Source: Thermoanaerobaculia bacterium
GTDB lineage: Bacteria; Acidobacteriota; Thermoanaerobaculia; Multivoradales; UBA5704
Assembly: GCA_036560825.1 (NCBI GenBank)
Contig: DATBQN010000028.1
Span: forward strand, 1-41,621
Direction of reading: 5' to 3'
Length of the DNA stretch: 41,621 nt
Part shown: in pieces, positions 25,677-37,228 of the stretch
Numbering within the stretch: position 1 is the stretch's first letter
Layout of the letters: the number at the start of each line of letters is the position of its first letter
Made by a program: the position numbers and the translations under genes
Notes under the pieces: generated by a model
What the model saw: the letters and a program-made list of their open reading frames with translations, nothing else
What the model was told of the DNA's origin: nothing
Database searches by the model: none

Positions 25677-28237
25677 GCCCCGCGACCTACCTGCGCATCA
25701 TGCTCCGCGAGTCGCGCGGGTCGGCGGCGCGCCTCGCCTTCTTCGTCGCCTGCCTCGCGGTCGGCGTCGCCGCGGTGGTGGCGGTCGCCGGGCTCTCGGC
25801 GAGCCTCGACGAGGGGCTGCGCGCCGAGGCCCGCCAGCTCCTCGCCGCCGACCTGGTGATCGAGGGGAGCCGCCCGCTGCCTCCCGGCTTCAGCCTCGCC
25901 CGCGCCGGCCTCGGCGGGGCGCAGCGCACCGACGTCCAGGAGATGGTCACCGTCGTCTCGGCGCCGCGCCCGAGCCCGGCGGCCGCCGGGCCGTCTCAGC
26001 AAGGACAGGCCGCCGCCGGTCCGTCCCAGCTGACCGAGCTCAAGGCGATCGCGGGCGACTATCCCTTCTATGGCAAGCTCGAGCTGCGCCCCCAGGTCCC
26101 GCTGGCGAAGCTCCTCGACCCGGAGAGCACGGTGGTGGGGCCCGAGCTCCTGTCGCGCCTTCATCTCAAGGTCGGCGACCGGCTCGACATCGGCGGCGCC
26201 CCGTTCCGCATCGCCGGCGAGGTGCTCTCCGAGCCCGACCGCATCAGCATTTCGCTGTCGCTGGGGCCGCGGGTCTTCGTGTCGAGCGCCGGCCTGGCGC
26301 GCACCTCGCTCGTCGCGCGCGGCAGCCGCGTCGACCGCAAGACGCTCCTCAAGCTCCCGGCGGGGATGACGGCCGGCGCGATCTCGGACGCCGCCGAGCG
26401 GCTGCGGCGCTCCCTTCCCGGCCCGAGCTTCTATCGCGTGCAGACCTACAAGGACGGGCAGCCGGCGCTGCGCGAGAACTTCCAGCGCGTCGGCCGCTTC
26501 CTCGGCCTCGTCGCCCTCCTCTCCCTCTTCGTCGGCGGCATCGGCGTCGCCCAGAGCGTCCGCGCCTGGCTCGCCGGCCGCCTGGACGCCATCGCGGTGC
26601 TGAAATGCCTCGGCATGCGGCCGCGGGAGATCCTCGCCCTCTACGTCGGGCAGACCGCCCTCCTCGGGCTCGCCGGAAGCGTCGTCGGAATGGCCGTCGG
26701 CGGAGTCCTCCAGGCGGTCCTCCCCAACCTCTTCCCGGACCTCATCCCCCACGAGCTGATCCACGCCTGGCAGCCGTGGGCGCTCGCCCGCGGCCTCCTC
26801 CTGGGCACCGGCGTCGCCCTCCTCTTCAGCCTGCCGCCGCTCGGCGGCGTCCTCGCCGTGCCGCCGGCGCGCGTGCTGCGCCGCGACGCCGAGCCGCTGC
26901 CCGGCCACCGCGGGGTCACCATGGCGACCCTGGCGGTGCTGGCGGCGGGGATCCTCGGCATGGCGACCCTGCAGTCGGGGTCGCCGCTGCGCGGCCTCGC
27001 CTTCACCGGCGGCATCGTCGGCGCGACCCTCGCCCTGACCCTCGCGGCCCTCGCCGTGGCCTGGTCCGCGCGCCGGCTGCCACGGGGCACCGCGCGGCTG
27101 TGGCTCCGCCACGGCCTCGCCGCCCTCGGGCGACCCGGCGCGGCGACGCTCGGCGCCATCGTGGCCCTCGGCCTGGGCGTCCTCGTCGTCCTCGGGATGG
27201 GCCTCGTCGAGCGGCGCCTCTCGAGCGAGCTCACCGCGGAGCTGCCCCAGGGGGCTCCCTCGGCGTTCCTCGTCGACATTCAGCCCGATCAGTGGGCGGG
27301 CGTCCAGGCGCTCCTCCGCCAGGCCGGCGCGACGCGCGTCGAGTCGGTGCCCGTCGTCATGGCGCGCCTCACCGCGATCGACGGGCGCGGCGTGGAGCGG
27401 ATGGCGAACCGGCTGCCGCGCGGCCGGCGCTGGGCGCTCACCCGCGAGCAGCGGCTGACCTACATGGAGAAGCTCCCCGAGGACAACACCCTCGTCGCCG
27501 GCAAGCTGTGGAGCGACCCCAAGCGGCCCGAGGTGAGCGTCGAGAAGAGCTTCGCCGACGACCTCGGGGTCGGGCTGGGCTCGGTGCTCCACTTCGACAT
27601 CCAGGGCGTGCCGCTCGACCTCACCGTCACCAGCCTGCGCGAGGTCAACTGGCAGACCTTCGGCATCAACTTCTTCCTCGTCGTCGAGCCGGGGGTGCTC
27701 GAGGCGGCGCCGCAGCAGCGCCTCGCGGTCGCCCACCTGCCGGCGGGTGGCGAGCAGCGGGCGCAGGACCTCATCGCCGCCCGCTACCCGAACATCACGC
27801 TCCTGCGCATCCGCGAGATCCTCGAGAAGGTCGTGCGGGTGCTGTCGCGCATCGGCCTCGGCATCCGCTTCCTCGGCAGCTTCACCGTCCTCGCCGGGAT
27901 CGCGATCCTCGCCGGCGCGGTCACCGCCGGCGCCGGCCGCCGCGGCCGCGAGGTCGCCCTCATGAAGACCCTGGGCGTCACGCGCCGCGGCGTGGCGGCG
28001 ATCTTCGCCGTCGAGTACGCCCTGATCGGCCTCGTCGCCGGAATCATCGGCGCCGCAGGCGGCGGCGTCCTCGCCTGGGCGGTCCTCACCCGCGGCTTCA
28101 ACCAGCGTTGGCAGACCGAGCCGCTGCCCTTCCTCGTCGCCGTCGTCGTGAGCGTCGCCTTGACAGTCGTCGCCGGCCTCGCCGCCAGCTGGCGCGCCCT
28201 CGAGCGCCGGCCGATCGAGGTGCTGAGGAGCGAGTGA
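25673..28237 (+). CDS. ybbP: ABC transporter permease with two FtsX-type domains (YbbP-like)
   Basis: GTG at 25673 overlaps the ATPase stop (GTGA). The 854-aa protein has two repeats of the layout periplasmic domain plus 4 TM. The size and the tesA-ybbA-ybbP context match the E. coli arrangement. Confidence 0.8.
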   Translation: MSPATYLRIMLRESRGSAARLAFFVACLAVGVAAVVAVAGLSASLDEGLRAEARQLLAADLVIEGSRPLPPGFSLARAGLGGAQRTDVQEMVTVVSAPRPSPAAAGPSQQGQAAAGPSQLTELKAIAGDYPFYGKLELRPQVPLAKLLDPESTVVGPELLSRLHLKVGDRLDIGGAPFRIAGEVLSEPDRISISLSLGPRVFVSSAGLARTSLVARGSRVDRKTLLKLPAGMTAGAISDAAERLRRSLPGPSFYRVQTYKDGQPALRENFQRVGRFLGLVALLSLFVGGIGVAQSVRAWLAGRLDAIAVLKCLGMRPREILALYVGQTALLGLAGSVVGMAVGGVLQAVLPNLFPDLIPHELIHAWQPWALARGLLLGTGVALLFSLPPLGGVLAVPPARVLRRDAEPLPGHRGVTMATLAVLAAGILGMATLQSGSPLRGLAFTGGIVGATLALTLAALAVAWSARRLPRGTARLWLRHGLAALGRPGAATLGAIVALGLGVLVVLGMGLVERRLSSELTAELPQGAPSAFLVDIQPDQWAGVQALLRQAGATRVESVPVVMARLTAIDGRGVERMANRLPRGRRWALTREQRLTYMEKLPEDNTLVAGKLWSDPKRPEVSVEKSFADDLGVGLGSVLHFDIQGVPLDLTVTSLREVNWQTFGINFFLVVEPGVLEAAPQQRLAVAHLPAGGEQRAQDLIAARYPNITLLRIREILEKVVRVLSRIGLGIRFLGSFTVLAGIAILAGAVTAGAGRRGREVALMKTLGVTRRGVAAIFAVEYALIGLVAGIIGAAGGGVLAWAVLTRGFNQRWQTEPLPFLVAVVVSVALTVVAGLAASWRALERRPIEVLRSE

Positions 28238-28244
28238 GCAGGGC

Positions 28245-29231
28245 TCAGCGCGCCGGCGCCGGGCGATCGAGGAGGTCGGAGACCGGCACGAAGCGGTACC
28301 CCAGGGACTTCGCTCTCGGCACCTCGGCGGTGAGCGCCTCGATCGTCGACGGGTGGGGATGGCCGATGGCGATCGCCGCTCCCCGATCGCGCGCGATCGC
28401 CAGCAGGCGCGCGAACTGCTCGCGGATGATCTGCGGCCGCTGATCGCCGTCGAGGAAGACCTGGCGCTGGGCCGCCGGCAGGCCGAGCGCCATGGCGACG
28501 CGGTAGCCGACGCTGTCCGCGCTCGTCCGCGAATCGAGGAAGAAGAGCTTGCGGTCGGCGAGCACCCCGAGGACGGCGTGCATCGACCGGTCGTCGGCGG
28601 ACAGCCGCGAGCCCATGTGGTTGTTCACGCCGACCGCCCCGGGCACCGCGGCGAGCGCCGCGGCGGTCGCCGCGCGGAGCTCTCCGGCGTCCATGTTGGC
28701 GCGCAAGGCCCCCGGTCCGGGGTTCTGCCCGCTGACCGGCTCCATCGGCAGGTGGCAGAGGATCTCGTCCCCGTGGCGGCGGAGGGCCGCGATCACCTCC
28801 GCCGTCTGCTCCTCGTAGGGAAGCACCGAGTAGGTGAGCGGGACGCCGAGCCGCTCGAGGCTCTCGACCTCCTCGACGCTCCGGCCGAGGTCGTCGATCA
28901 CCACGGCCAGGCGAACGCCATCGACTCGGGTTTCCGTAGCGGCCGCCGCGGTCGAGGCACCGTCCACGGCGGGCGTGGGCGGATCGCTTCCCGCGCGGCG
29001 ATCGCGGAGGCGCGCACCGGCGCCATGGCGAGCGATCCGAGCGCTGGGAGCGGAGGCGGCGGGCTCGTCCTCGGCACGTTCAGAGCCATGCGAGCCGTGA
29101 TAGCCGGCATCCCGGCAGCCGAAATAGAAGCCCGCGGCGCCGACGAGAACGCCGCAGAGGAAGAGGAGCAGGCTGGGGAAGGGCGACGGCCGACCGGGTC
29201 GCCTTCGGATCACCGGCCGGCTGCGGGGCAT
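28245..29231 (-). CDS. Divergent polysaccharide deacetylase family protein (YibQ-like)
   Basis: RLAVVIDDLGRS, VLPY, HLPMEP and NNHMGS are blocks of the YibQ family, with one N-terminal TM. I prefer ATG at 29231, which overlaps the upstream stop (TGATG). Confidence 0.8.
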   Translation of the reverse strand: MPRSRPVIRRRPGRPSPFPSLLLFLCGVLVGAAGFYFGCRDAGYHGSHGSERAEDEPAASAPSARIARHGAGARLRDRRAGSDPPTPAVDGASTAAAATETRVDGVRLAVVIDDLGRSVEEVESLERLGVPLTYSVLPYEEQTAEVIAALRRHGDEILCHLPMEPVSGQNPGPGALRANMDAGELRAATAAALAAVPGAVGVNNHMGSRLSADDRSMHAVLGVLADRKLFFLDSRTSADSVGYRVAMALGLPAAQRQVFLDGDQRPQIIREQFARLLAIARDRGAAIAIGHPHPSTIEALTAEVPRAKSLGYRFVPVSDLLDRPAPAR

Positions 29232-30433
29232 CAAGCGGCTTTCTTCGCCGTCTCCCCCTCGGTGCCGAGGAGCCGGTGCACCCCGCGCTCGAGGATCAGG
29301 TCGTCGATCGGCGCGTCCTTCTCGAGGAAGGTGCGCGCCCGCTCGTCGACCAGCACGTCGGGCTTGAGCGACTCGCGGAGAGGCTTCTTGTTCGGCCCGG
29401 TGTAGAAGGCGTCGGTGTAGAGCAGGCGGCCCGACGAGAGATCGAGGCTGCCCAGCCGCCCGGCGTGGCCGAAGGTGCGCTCGCCGACGAGCTCGGCGCC
29501 CATCTTCTGGCGCAGCACCGTCGCCAGCACCTCGGAGGCGCCGAGGGTGCCGCGGTCGACGAGGAGGACCGCCTTGCCGCGCCAGATCGGCGCCGCGTTG
29601 CCGGTGAAGCTCTTGATCGCGCCGGTGCGGCCGGCGAGCTGGCCGAGATCGCCCTGGGCGAAGAGCTCGGCGACGGCGTAGGCGGCCTCGGGATCGCCCG
29701 CGGCGACGCCGCGCAGGTCGATCAGCAGCTTCGCGCCGCTGTGCTCGGCGCCGCGCGAGAGGATGGCGCGGACCGCCGCGGCGGTGTCCGGACCGAAGCC
29801 GGGGATGCGCAGCACCTGGGCCCCCTTGACCACGTCGAGGGAGGGCGGCGGCGGCGCGAACGGCTTGAGATCGAAGCTCAGCTTGACCGGCTCGCCCAAG
29901 CGGATCACCTCGACCGCCACGTGGGTGCCCGCCGGGCGGGCGAGGATCTCGCCGATCTCCCAGAGCGGCATCAGATGGGTCGAGCGGCCGTCGAGCTTGG
30001 CCACGATGTCGCCCACCTTGAGGCCGGCGCCGGCGCCCGGGCTCCCCTTCTCCACCGCGACGACGTAGGCGACGCCGTGCTCCTTGAGGAGGGTGAGGCC
30101 GCTGCGGCGCGAGCCCACGTTCTTCGCCTCGTCGAAGCCGGCCAGCCGATCGGCGGGAACGTAGACCGAGAACGGATCGAGCGCGTCGGTGGCGCCGTCG
30201 AGCGCGCCGGCCATGAGCGAGCTCATGTCGGGCTCGTCGACGTAGGACTGGCGCACCAGGCCCAGCACCTCGCTGAACACCGAGAGGTACTTGTAGAAGG
30301 AGTCTTCCTTGGGGGGCGCGTCGCGCTCCTCGGAGGCGCGCAGGAGCGTGCCGGCGAGGATGGGCAGCACCAGCGCCGCCGAGACGAGGAGGAAGAGGAC
30401 GCGGCTTCGTTGGCTCCGACGGTTCGGGTTCAT
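29231..30433 (-). CDS. S41 (C-terminal processing peptidase)-like protein with PDZ domain; catalytic residues appear substituted
   Basis: Signal/TM LFLLVSAALVLPILAG. PDZ block GAGLKVGDIVAKLDG. S41 core LLVDRGTLGASEVLATVL...LVGERTFGHAG...KPDVLV (see findings for the Ser/Lys positions). Confidence 0.75.
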   Translation of the reverse strand: MNPNRRSQRSRVLFLLVSAALVLPILAGTLLRASEERDAPPKEDSFYKYLSVFSEVLGLVRQSYVDEPDMSSLMAGALDGATDALDPFSVYVPADRLAGFDEAKNVGSRRSGLTLLKEHGVAYVVAVEKGSPGAGAGLKVGDIVAKLDGRSTHLMPLWEIGEILARPAGTHVAVEVIRLGEPVKLSFDLKPFAPPPPSLDVVKGAQVLRIPGFGPDTAAAVRAILSRGAEHSGAKLLIDLRGVAAGDPEAAYAVAELFAQGDLGQLAGRTGAIKSFTGNAAPIWRGKAVLLVDRGTLGASEVLATVLRQKMGAELVGERTFGHAGRLGSLDLSSGRLLYTDAFYTGPNKKPLRESLKPDVLVDERARTFLEKDAPIDDLILERGVHRLLGTEGETAKKAA

Positions 30434-30440
30434 AGGCGAC

Positions 30441-31601
30441 CTACCGTAACCAGCTCGAGGGGTTTTCGGGGCGGTTGTCCACGCGGATCTCGAAGTAAAG
30501 CTTGTCGGAGGCCAAGCCCACGACCTGCCCCAACGATACCATATCCTCGCGGTTGACCCGCGGCTCGGAGAGGCCCGCGTAGAGGGTGAGGACGCGTCCG
30601 GAATGGAAGAGGACGACGGTCGCGCCGTAGCCTTCGAAGGGAGCCGCGAAGAGCACCTTGCCGGGGAAGACGGCGCGCACCTCGCTCCCCGCGGCGGTCG
30701 CGATGTCGATCCCGTTGTGCGGCACGCGGGTGTGGTACCGCGGGTCGAGGAGGGGGCCGAAGCCGGCGGTCACCCGCCCGCGCGCCGGCCAGTCGAGGAC
30801 GCCGCGGAAGGCCTGCATCGACTGGCCCGCCTCGCCGGGCAGCCCGATCATCGCCTCCCTCTTCGCCAGGAGGTCGACGAGGCCGGCGAGCTTCCGCTCC
30901 CGCTCGCCGAGCTCGGCGGCGCGGGCGGCGAGCGTCCGGCGCTCGCTGTCGGCCGCCGCGAGGAGCGCCGCCTGCCGGCCGCGCAAGCTCACCAGGGCGG
31001 CGCGGCGCACCCGCTCCTGGACGATCCAGCGCTCGCCCTCCTCGCGCGCCGCGCGCAGGCGGTCGCGCTCGGCGGCGAGGCGCTCGCGGTCCTCGGTGTA
31101 GCGGTCGATCGTCGCCCGGTCGCGCCGCGCCAGGTAGCGCATGAGCCGGATCGAGGGGAGGAGCTCGGCGTCCGGCTTGAGCGAGAGGAAGAGGCGCAGG
31201 TAGCCCTGGCGGCCCAGGCGGTAGAGGCCGGCGAGGCGCCGTCCGAGGTCGACCCGCGCCGCCGCGAGAGCGGTCTCCAGCTCCCCGACCCGGCGCTCGG
31301 AGGCCGCCGCCCGCGCCACCGCGAGGTCGCGCGCCGCCAGCGCCTCGGCCAGCCGCTCCGCCTCGAGCTCGAGCTCGACGTCGGTCGTCCTGAGCTCCCC
31401 CTGGAGGCCGACCTGCTCCCGCCGCGCCCGCGCCAGACGCCCCTGGAGGCCGGAGATCTCGGCGCGGATCTCGGCGAGCTCGCGCTCGCGCGAGGCGGGC
31501 TGGGGGGCGGCGGGAGCGGCAGGGAGGAGAAGGAGGAGGAGCGCCGTGGCGCCCTTGAGAAGCGCGCCGAGCGAGCGGAGACGGCGGGCGCTGCGGCGCA
31601 T
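30441..31601 (-). CDS. envC: EnvC-like murein hydrolase activator (coiled coil + degenerate LytM/M23 domain)
   Basis: A signal peptide and ~230 aa of coiled coil are followed by an M23 domain. HNGIDIA is retained. YAGL replaces YAHL and KLYFEIR replaces HLHFE, which is the loss of catalytic and zinc-binding His typical of EnvC. Confidence 0.75.
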   Translation of the reverse strand: MRRSARRLRSLGALLKGATALLLLLLPAAPAAPQPASRERELAEIRAEISGLQGRLARARREQVGLQGELRTTDVELELEAERLAEALAARDLAVARAAASERRVGELETALAAARVDLGRRLAGLYRLGRQGYLRLFLSLKPDAELLPSIRLMRYLARRDRATIDRYTEDRERLAAERDRLRAAREEGERWIVQERVRRAALVSLRGRQAALLAAADSERRTLAARAAELGERERKLAGLVDLLAKREAMIGLPGEAGQSMQAFRGVLDWPARGRVTAGFGPLLDPRYHTRVPHNGIDIATAAGSEVRAVFPGKVLFAAPFEGYGATVVLFHSGRVLTLYAGLSEPRVNREDMVSLGQVVGLASDKLYFEIRVDNRPENPSSWLR

Positions 31602-31612
31602 CGGGGGCGATC

Positions 31613-33856
<2,244 letters not shown>

Positions 33857-33899
33857 CGTTCGATCGCTCGAGGGAACCCTCTACCTCCTATTGAGTGTC

Positions 33900-35786
33900 T
33901 TAAATGTAGCCAAGCGACCGCAGGTTCTCCAGATACTCGCCGCCCTCGCGGGCGACCGGCGGCTGGCGGCGCGGCCGTCCGTAGCCGGCGACGGTGGCCG
34001 GGGGCGCCGGCCACGACCCGGCCCCGCAGAGGTCGGGAGGCGGCGGCAGCTCGTCGCTCTGCGGGAGACCCAGGGCCCGGAGGAGCGCCGAGGCGACCCC
34101 CTCGAGCGCGATACCGGCCGAGTGATCGCCCGATCTCCTCCCCGGGCAGCCATCGCGCTGCCAGGCGCGGCGCCAGAGGATGATCCTCCCCTGGCCGCCG
34201 GTGCGCCGGCGCCCGGGGTCGAGGACGAGGGCGACGGTGCCGATCCCCCCGCTGGTCCCGCCGCTCAGCTCCCGCGCCAGGAGGCCGTCGGTCGCCTGGA
34301 GCTCGCCGCGCAGCAGGTCGGCGAAGGCGACGTCGCCTCCCCGCCAGCCGGCGGCCGCGATGTCGAGGCCGGGGAGGTAGAGGGCGGCGGCGCGAGGCGG
34401 GTTCGCGGCACCGGGAGCGAGCTCGCGGGAGAGCACCTCGCGGTAGAAGCGGTCGGGCACGAGGGCGCGGGCGAGGAGCGAGGCGGCCGAGCCGGCAGGG
34501 AGCGCGGCGGCGAGGCGGGGCTCCTCCGGCCGCGCGGCGATCTCCTCCGCCAGGCGCGCCAGCGCGGGGGCGCCGGCCGCCGGCGCGACCGCCCCCGGCG
34601 TCTTCTCCGCCAGGAGCTGAAAGGCGCCATGGGCGACGACCAGGCCGGGGAGGGGCTCGGCCGGGAAGGTAGACCACCAGTCGATCGCGGCGACCGGGGC
34701 GCCGCCGCGCGCGGCGAGCTCCCAGACGGCGAAGGCGCTGCGCCGGTTGGCGAGCACCGGGCGATGCTCGGCGAGACCCAGCGGCACCTCGACGCCGCTC
34801 CAGTAGGCGCGCAGGGGGCCGCTCCGCGCGAGAGGCGTCCCCGCACCCCGCGGCAGGAAGCTGTCGAGGGCCGTCACCCCGTGGTCGGGCGTGGGGAGGC
34901 CGGTGGCGACCGAGGTCCAGAGCGAGGCCGGCGGCTCGGCGCGGCGGGCGTAGGAGACGAGCACGCCGCCGTCGCGGGAGAGCCGGGCGAGCTCCGGCAG
35001 GTCGCCGACGGCCAGCAGGTAGTCGACCTCCTCGGGCAGCACGCCGTCGATCCCCACCAGCAGCACGCGCTCGCCCGGCGCGGTGGGGAGGACCGCGGGC
35101 GGCGCGGGCTCGGCGCGGCGCGCCGAGAGGACCGCCGGCAGGGTGAGGACGAAGGCGCCGGAGAGGACGGCGAATCCCAGCCAGCGGCGGGAGAAGAGCC
35201 GCCGCGGCGGCGGGGCGTCGGTCAGCAGGATGGCGAGGGCGAGGAGACCGTGATAGGCGAGCTTGACGACCAGATAGATGACCGCCGGGGCGGCGACCGC
35301 GACGACGGCGAGCTGCCACGAAGGAGACCCCGAGGCGCCGGCGACGAGCTCGCGGCCGCGCCAGAAGGCGAGCGCCAGGCCGCCCGCTCCCGCCGCGACG
35401 GCGGCGGCGAGCGCCAGGGTCTCGACGTGGCGCACGGGGTAGAGCCGCAGCACCAGGACCACGAGCCCGCAGAGCGCCAGGAAGGCCAGCCCGGTCGCCG
35501 CCGCGAGAGGTGGGAAGAGGTGGAGGGTGAGGACCGGGAGGTCGCGCGCGGCGCTCGCGAGCCCGCCGTTCGCGGCCACCAGGAGGAAGGCGAAACCGAG
35601 CGCGAGGGCGAGGCCGGCGATCAGGCCGACCTTCGCCGTCAGCAGGAGGAGGGTCCGACCGGTCTGCCGCGGCCGCATCGCGTCCTGCAGCAGGAAGCGC
35701 TCGAAACCGCGGTTGAGGTAACCCAGGCGGCGCAGCTCCGAGCGCACGCTCTCCAGGTGCTCGGTCGACGGATTGCCGGGTTGCAT
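33900..35786 (-). CDS. Membrane protein with alkaline-phosphatase-superfamily (phosphodiesterase/NPP-like) domain
   Basis: The real part of track ORF 33900..36488, from ATG 35786. About 6 TM helices are followed by VLLVGIDGV and SLWTSVATGLPTPDHGV, which are AP-superfamily metal-site-like blocks. Confidence 0.55.
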   Translation of the reverse strand: MQPGNPSTEHLESVRSELRRLGYLNRGFERFLLQDAMRPRQTGRTLLLLTAKVGLIAGLALALGFAFLLVAANGGLASAARDLPVLTLHLFPPLAAATGLAFLALCGLVVLVLRLYPVRHVETLALAAAVAAGAGGLALAFWRGRELVAGASGSPSWQLAVVAVAAPAVIYLVVKLAYHGLLALAILLTDAPPPRRLFSRRWLGFAVLSGAFVLTLPAVLSARRAEPAPPAVLPTAPGERVLLVGIDGVLPEEVDYLLAVGDLPELARLSRDGGVLVSYARRAEPPASLWTSVATGLPTPDHGVTALDSFLPRGAGTPLARSGPLRAYWSGVEVPLGLAEHRPVLANRRSAFAVWELAARGGAPVAAIDWWSTFPAEPLPGLVVAHGAFQLLAEKTPGAVAPAAGAPALARLAEEIAARPEEPRLAAALPAGSAASLLARALVPDRFYREVLSRELAPGAANPPRAAALYLPGLDIAAAGWRGGDVAFADLLRGELQATDGLLARELSGGTSGGIGTVALVLDPGRRRTGGQGRIILWRRAWQRDGCPGRRSGDHSAGIALEGVASALLRALGLPQSDELPPPPDLCGAGSWPAPPATVAGYGRPRRQPPVAREGGEYLENLRSLGYI

Positions 35787-35808
35787 CGCGCGCTTAGTGT
35801 ACCCGGCT

Positions 35809-36795
35809 CTAGCTCCTCCGGCGCTCGACGAAACCCGCCAGCTCGCGGAGGGGCTCGGCCTTCCTGCCCAGCGGGGCGAGCGAGGCGACGGCGAAGCCGA
35901 GGAGCTCGGCGGCGAGCGTGCGCGCCCCTTCGACGCCGAGGAGCTTGACGAAGGTGACCTTGCCGGCGTCCTGGCCGGCGTCCTTGCCGGTCTCCTCGAC
36001 GGTCGCCTCGACGTCGAGGAGGTCGTCCGAGATCTGGAAGGCCAACCCGAGGTTCTTGGCGTAGCGCGAGACCACCTCGAGGTCCCTGCGGCGGGCGTCG
36101 GCCGCCATCGCCCCCAGCTCCCCCGCCGCCATGAACAGGGCGCCGGTCTTGTGGCTGTGGATGTATTCGAGGAGGTCGAGGTCGAGGTCCTCGGGGCGGC
36201 TCGCGAGGTCGAGCGCCTGGCCGCCGATGAGGCCGCCGCTGCCGATCGCCGCCGCCAGGTGATGGATGAGGTCCTCGCCGGTGTAGCGCCGCAGGGAGAG
36301 CCGCTGCGCCGCCTCGACGACCAGGGCATAGGCGCGGTTGAGGAGCGCCAGCGCGGCGAGCAGGGCCGGCGCCTCGCCGAACTCCAGGTGGACCGTCGGG
36401 CGGCCGCGACGGCGCGCGGCGGCGTCCATCGCCGGCAGGTCGTCCAGGATGAGCGAGCAGGCGTGCACCATCTCGACCGCGCAGGCAATGTCGAGGACCG
36501 GAGTGTCGGCGGCGGTCGCCGCGCCGAACATCTCGGCGACGGCGAGGGTGAGCACCGGCCGGACCCGTTTGCCGGGCCCGGTCAGCGCATAGTGCATCGC
36601 CCGGTGGACGGCTTGCGGGCGCTCGTGGACGGGAGGCAGGAGGGCCGGCAGGCGCCCGTCCACCCGCTCGCGCAGCGCGGCGAGCCGGCCGCCCAGGCCG
36701 CTCACCGGCGCGGCAGGTTGCTGAGGGAGCTGGGGGCGGGCGGCCGGGTCACGAGAAGGAACGGATGGCCTCGTCCTCGGTGTCGTAGACGTCAA
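35809..36795 (-). CDS. Polyprenyl diphosphate synthase (IspA/CrtE-type FPP/GGPP synthase)
   Basis: The first Asp-rich motif is LILDDLPAMDAAARRRG and the second is FQISDDLLD. The track start at 36795 overlaps the STAS gene by 47 nt. GTG at 36705 is an alternative start. Confidence 0.85.
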   Translation of the reverse strand: MTSTTPRTRPSVPSRDPAARPQLPQQPAAPVSGLGGRLAALRERVDGRLPALLPPVHERPQAVHRAMHYALTGPGKRVRPVLTLAVAEMFGAATAADTPVLDIACAVEMVHACSLILDDLPAMDAAARRRGRPTVHLEFGEAPALLAALALLNRAYALVVEAAQRLSLRRYTGEDLIHHLAAAIGSGGLIGGQALDLASRPEDLDLDLLEYIHSHKTGALFMAAGELGAMAADARRRDLEVVSRYAKNLGLAFQISDDLLDVEATVEETGKDAGQDAGKVTFVKLLGVEGARTLAAELLGFAVASLAPLGRKAEPLRELAGFVERRRS

Positions 36796-37087
36796 ACACG
36801 GTGATGAGCTGGGTGACGGTGAGGACGTCCTGCACCTTGTCGGGCAGGTTGACCAGCTTGAGCTGGGCGGCCCGGTTCTTCGCCGTGGTGTAGGAGCTGA
36901 CCAGCTCGCCGACCCCCGACGAGTCGATGGTCGTCACGCCGCTCAGGTTGATGAGGATCTTCTTGGCGCCGTCGTTGACCGCCTGGAGCACCGCGTTGCG
37001 GAGCTCCACGTCGCCCGCCCCGATGGTGATCTTGCCCTTCAAGTCGACGATGGTGACACCGTCTCTCTGTCGCGTGCTGAGCTGCAT
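36749..37087 (-). CDS. STAS-domain anti-sigma-factor antagonist (SpoIIAA/RsbV-like)
   Basis: VTIVDLKGKI..., LINLSGVTTIDSSGVGELV (phosphorylatable Ser context DSSG) and LKLVNL. GGAGGG lies upstream of the ATG at 37087. Confidence 0.85.
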   Translation of the reverse strand: MQLSTRQRDGVTIVDLKGKITIGAGDVELRNAVLQAVNDGAKKILINLSGVTTIDSSGVGELVSSYTTAKNRAAQLKLVNLPDKVQDVLTVTQLITVFDVYDTEDEAIRSFS

Positions 37088-37228
37088 TGGGTTAATCCCT
37101 CCGTTTCATTTAAGGCTCGCCGATATCGCGGCCATGACCGGCATTCGCGGTCCGGTCTACCGTGCCTCCGCTGGGCTTCGAGGCGTCGATCGGATCACCC
37201 CCTCAACCCCTCGATCCACCGACCCGGA

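Noticed and set aside
37088-37228. The 141-nt spacer between the RsbW-like and STAS genes as an ncRNA or riboswitch
   Set aside because: It holds only short generic hairpins such as GACCGG-N10-CCGGTC. I recognise no motif and there is no repeat structure.
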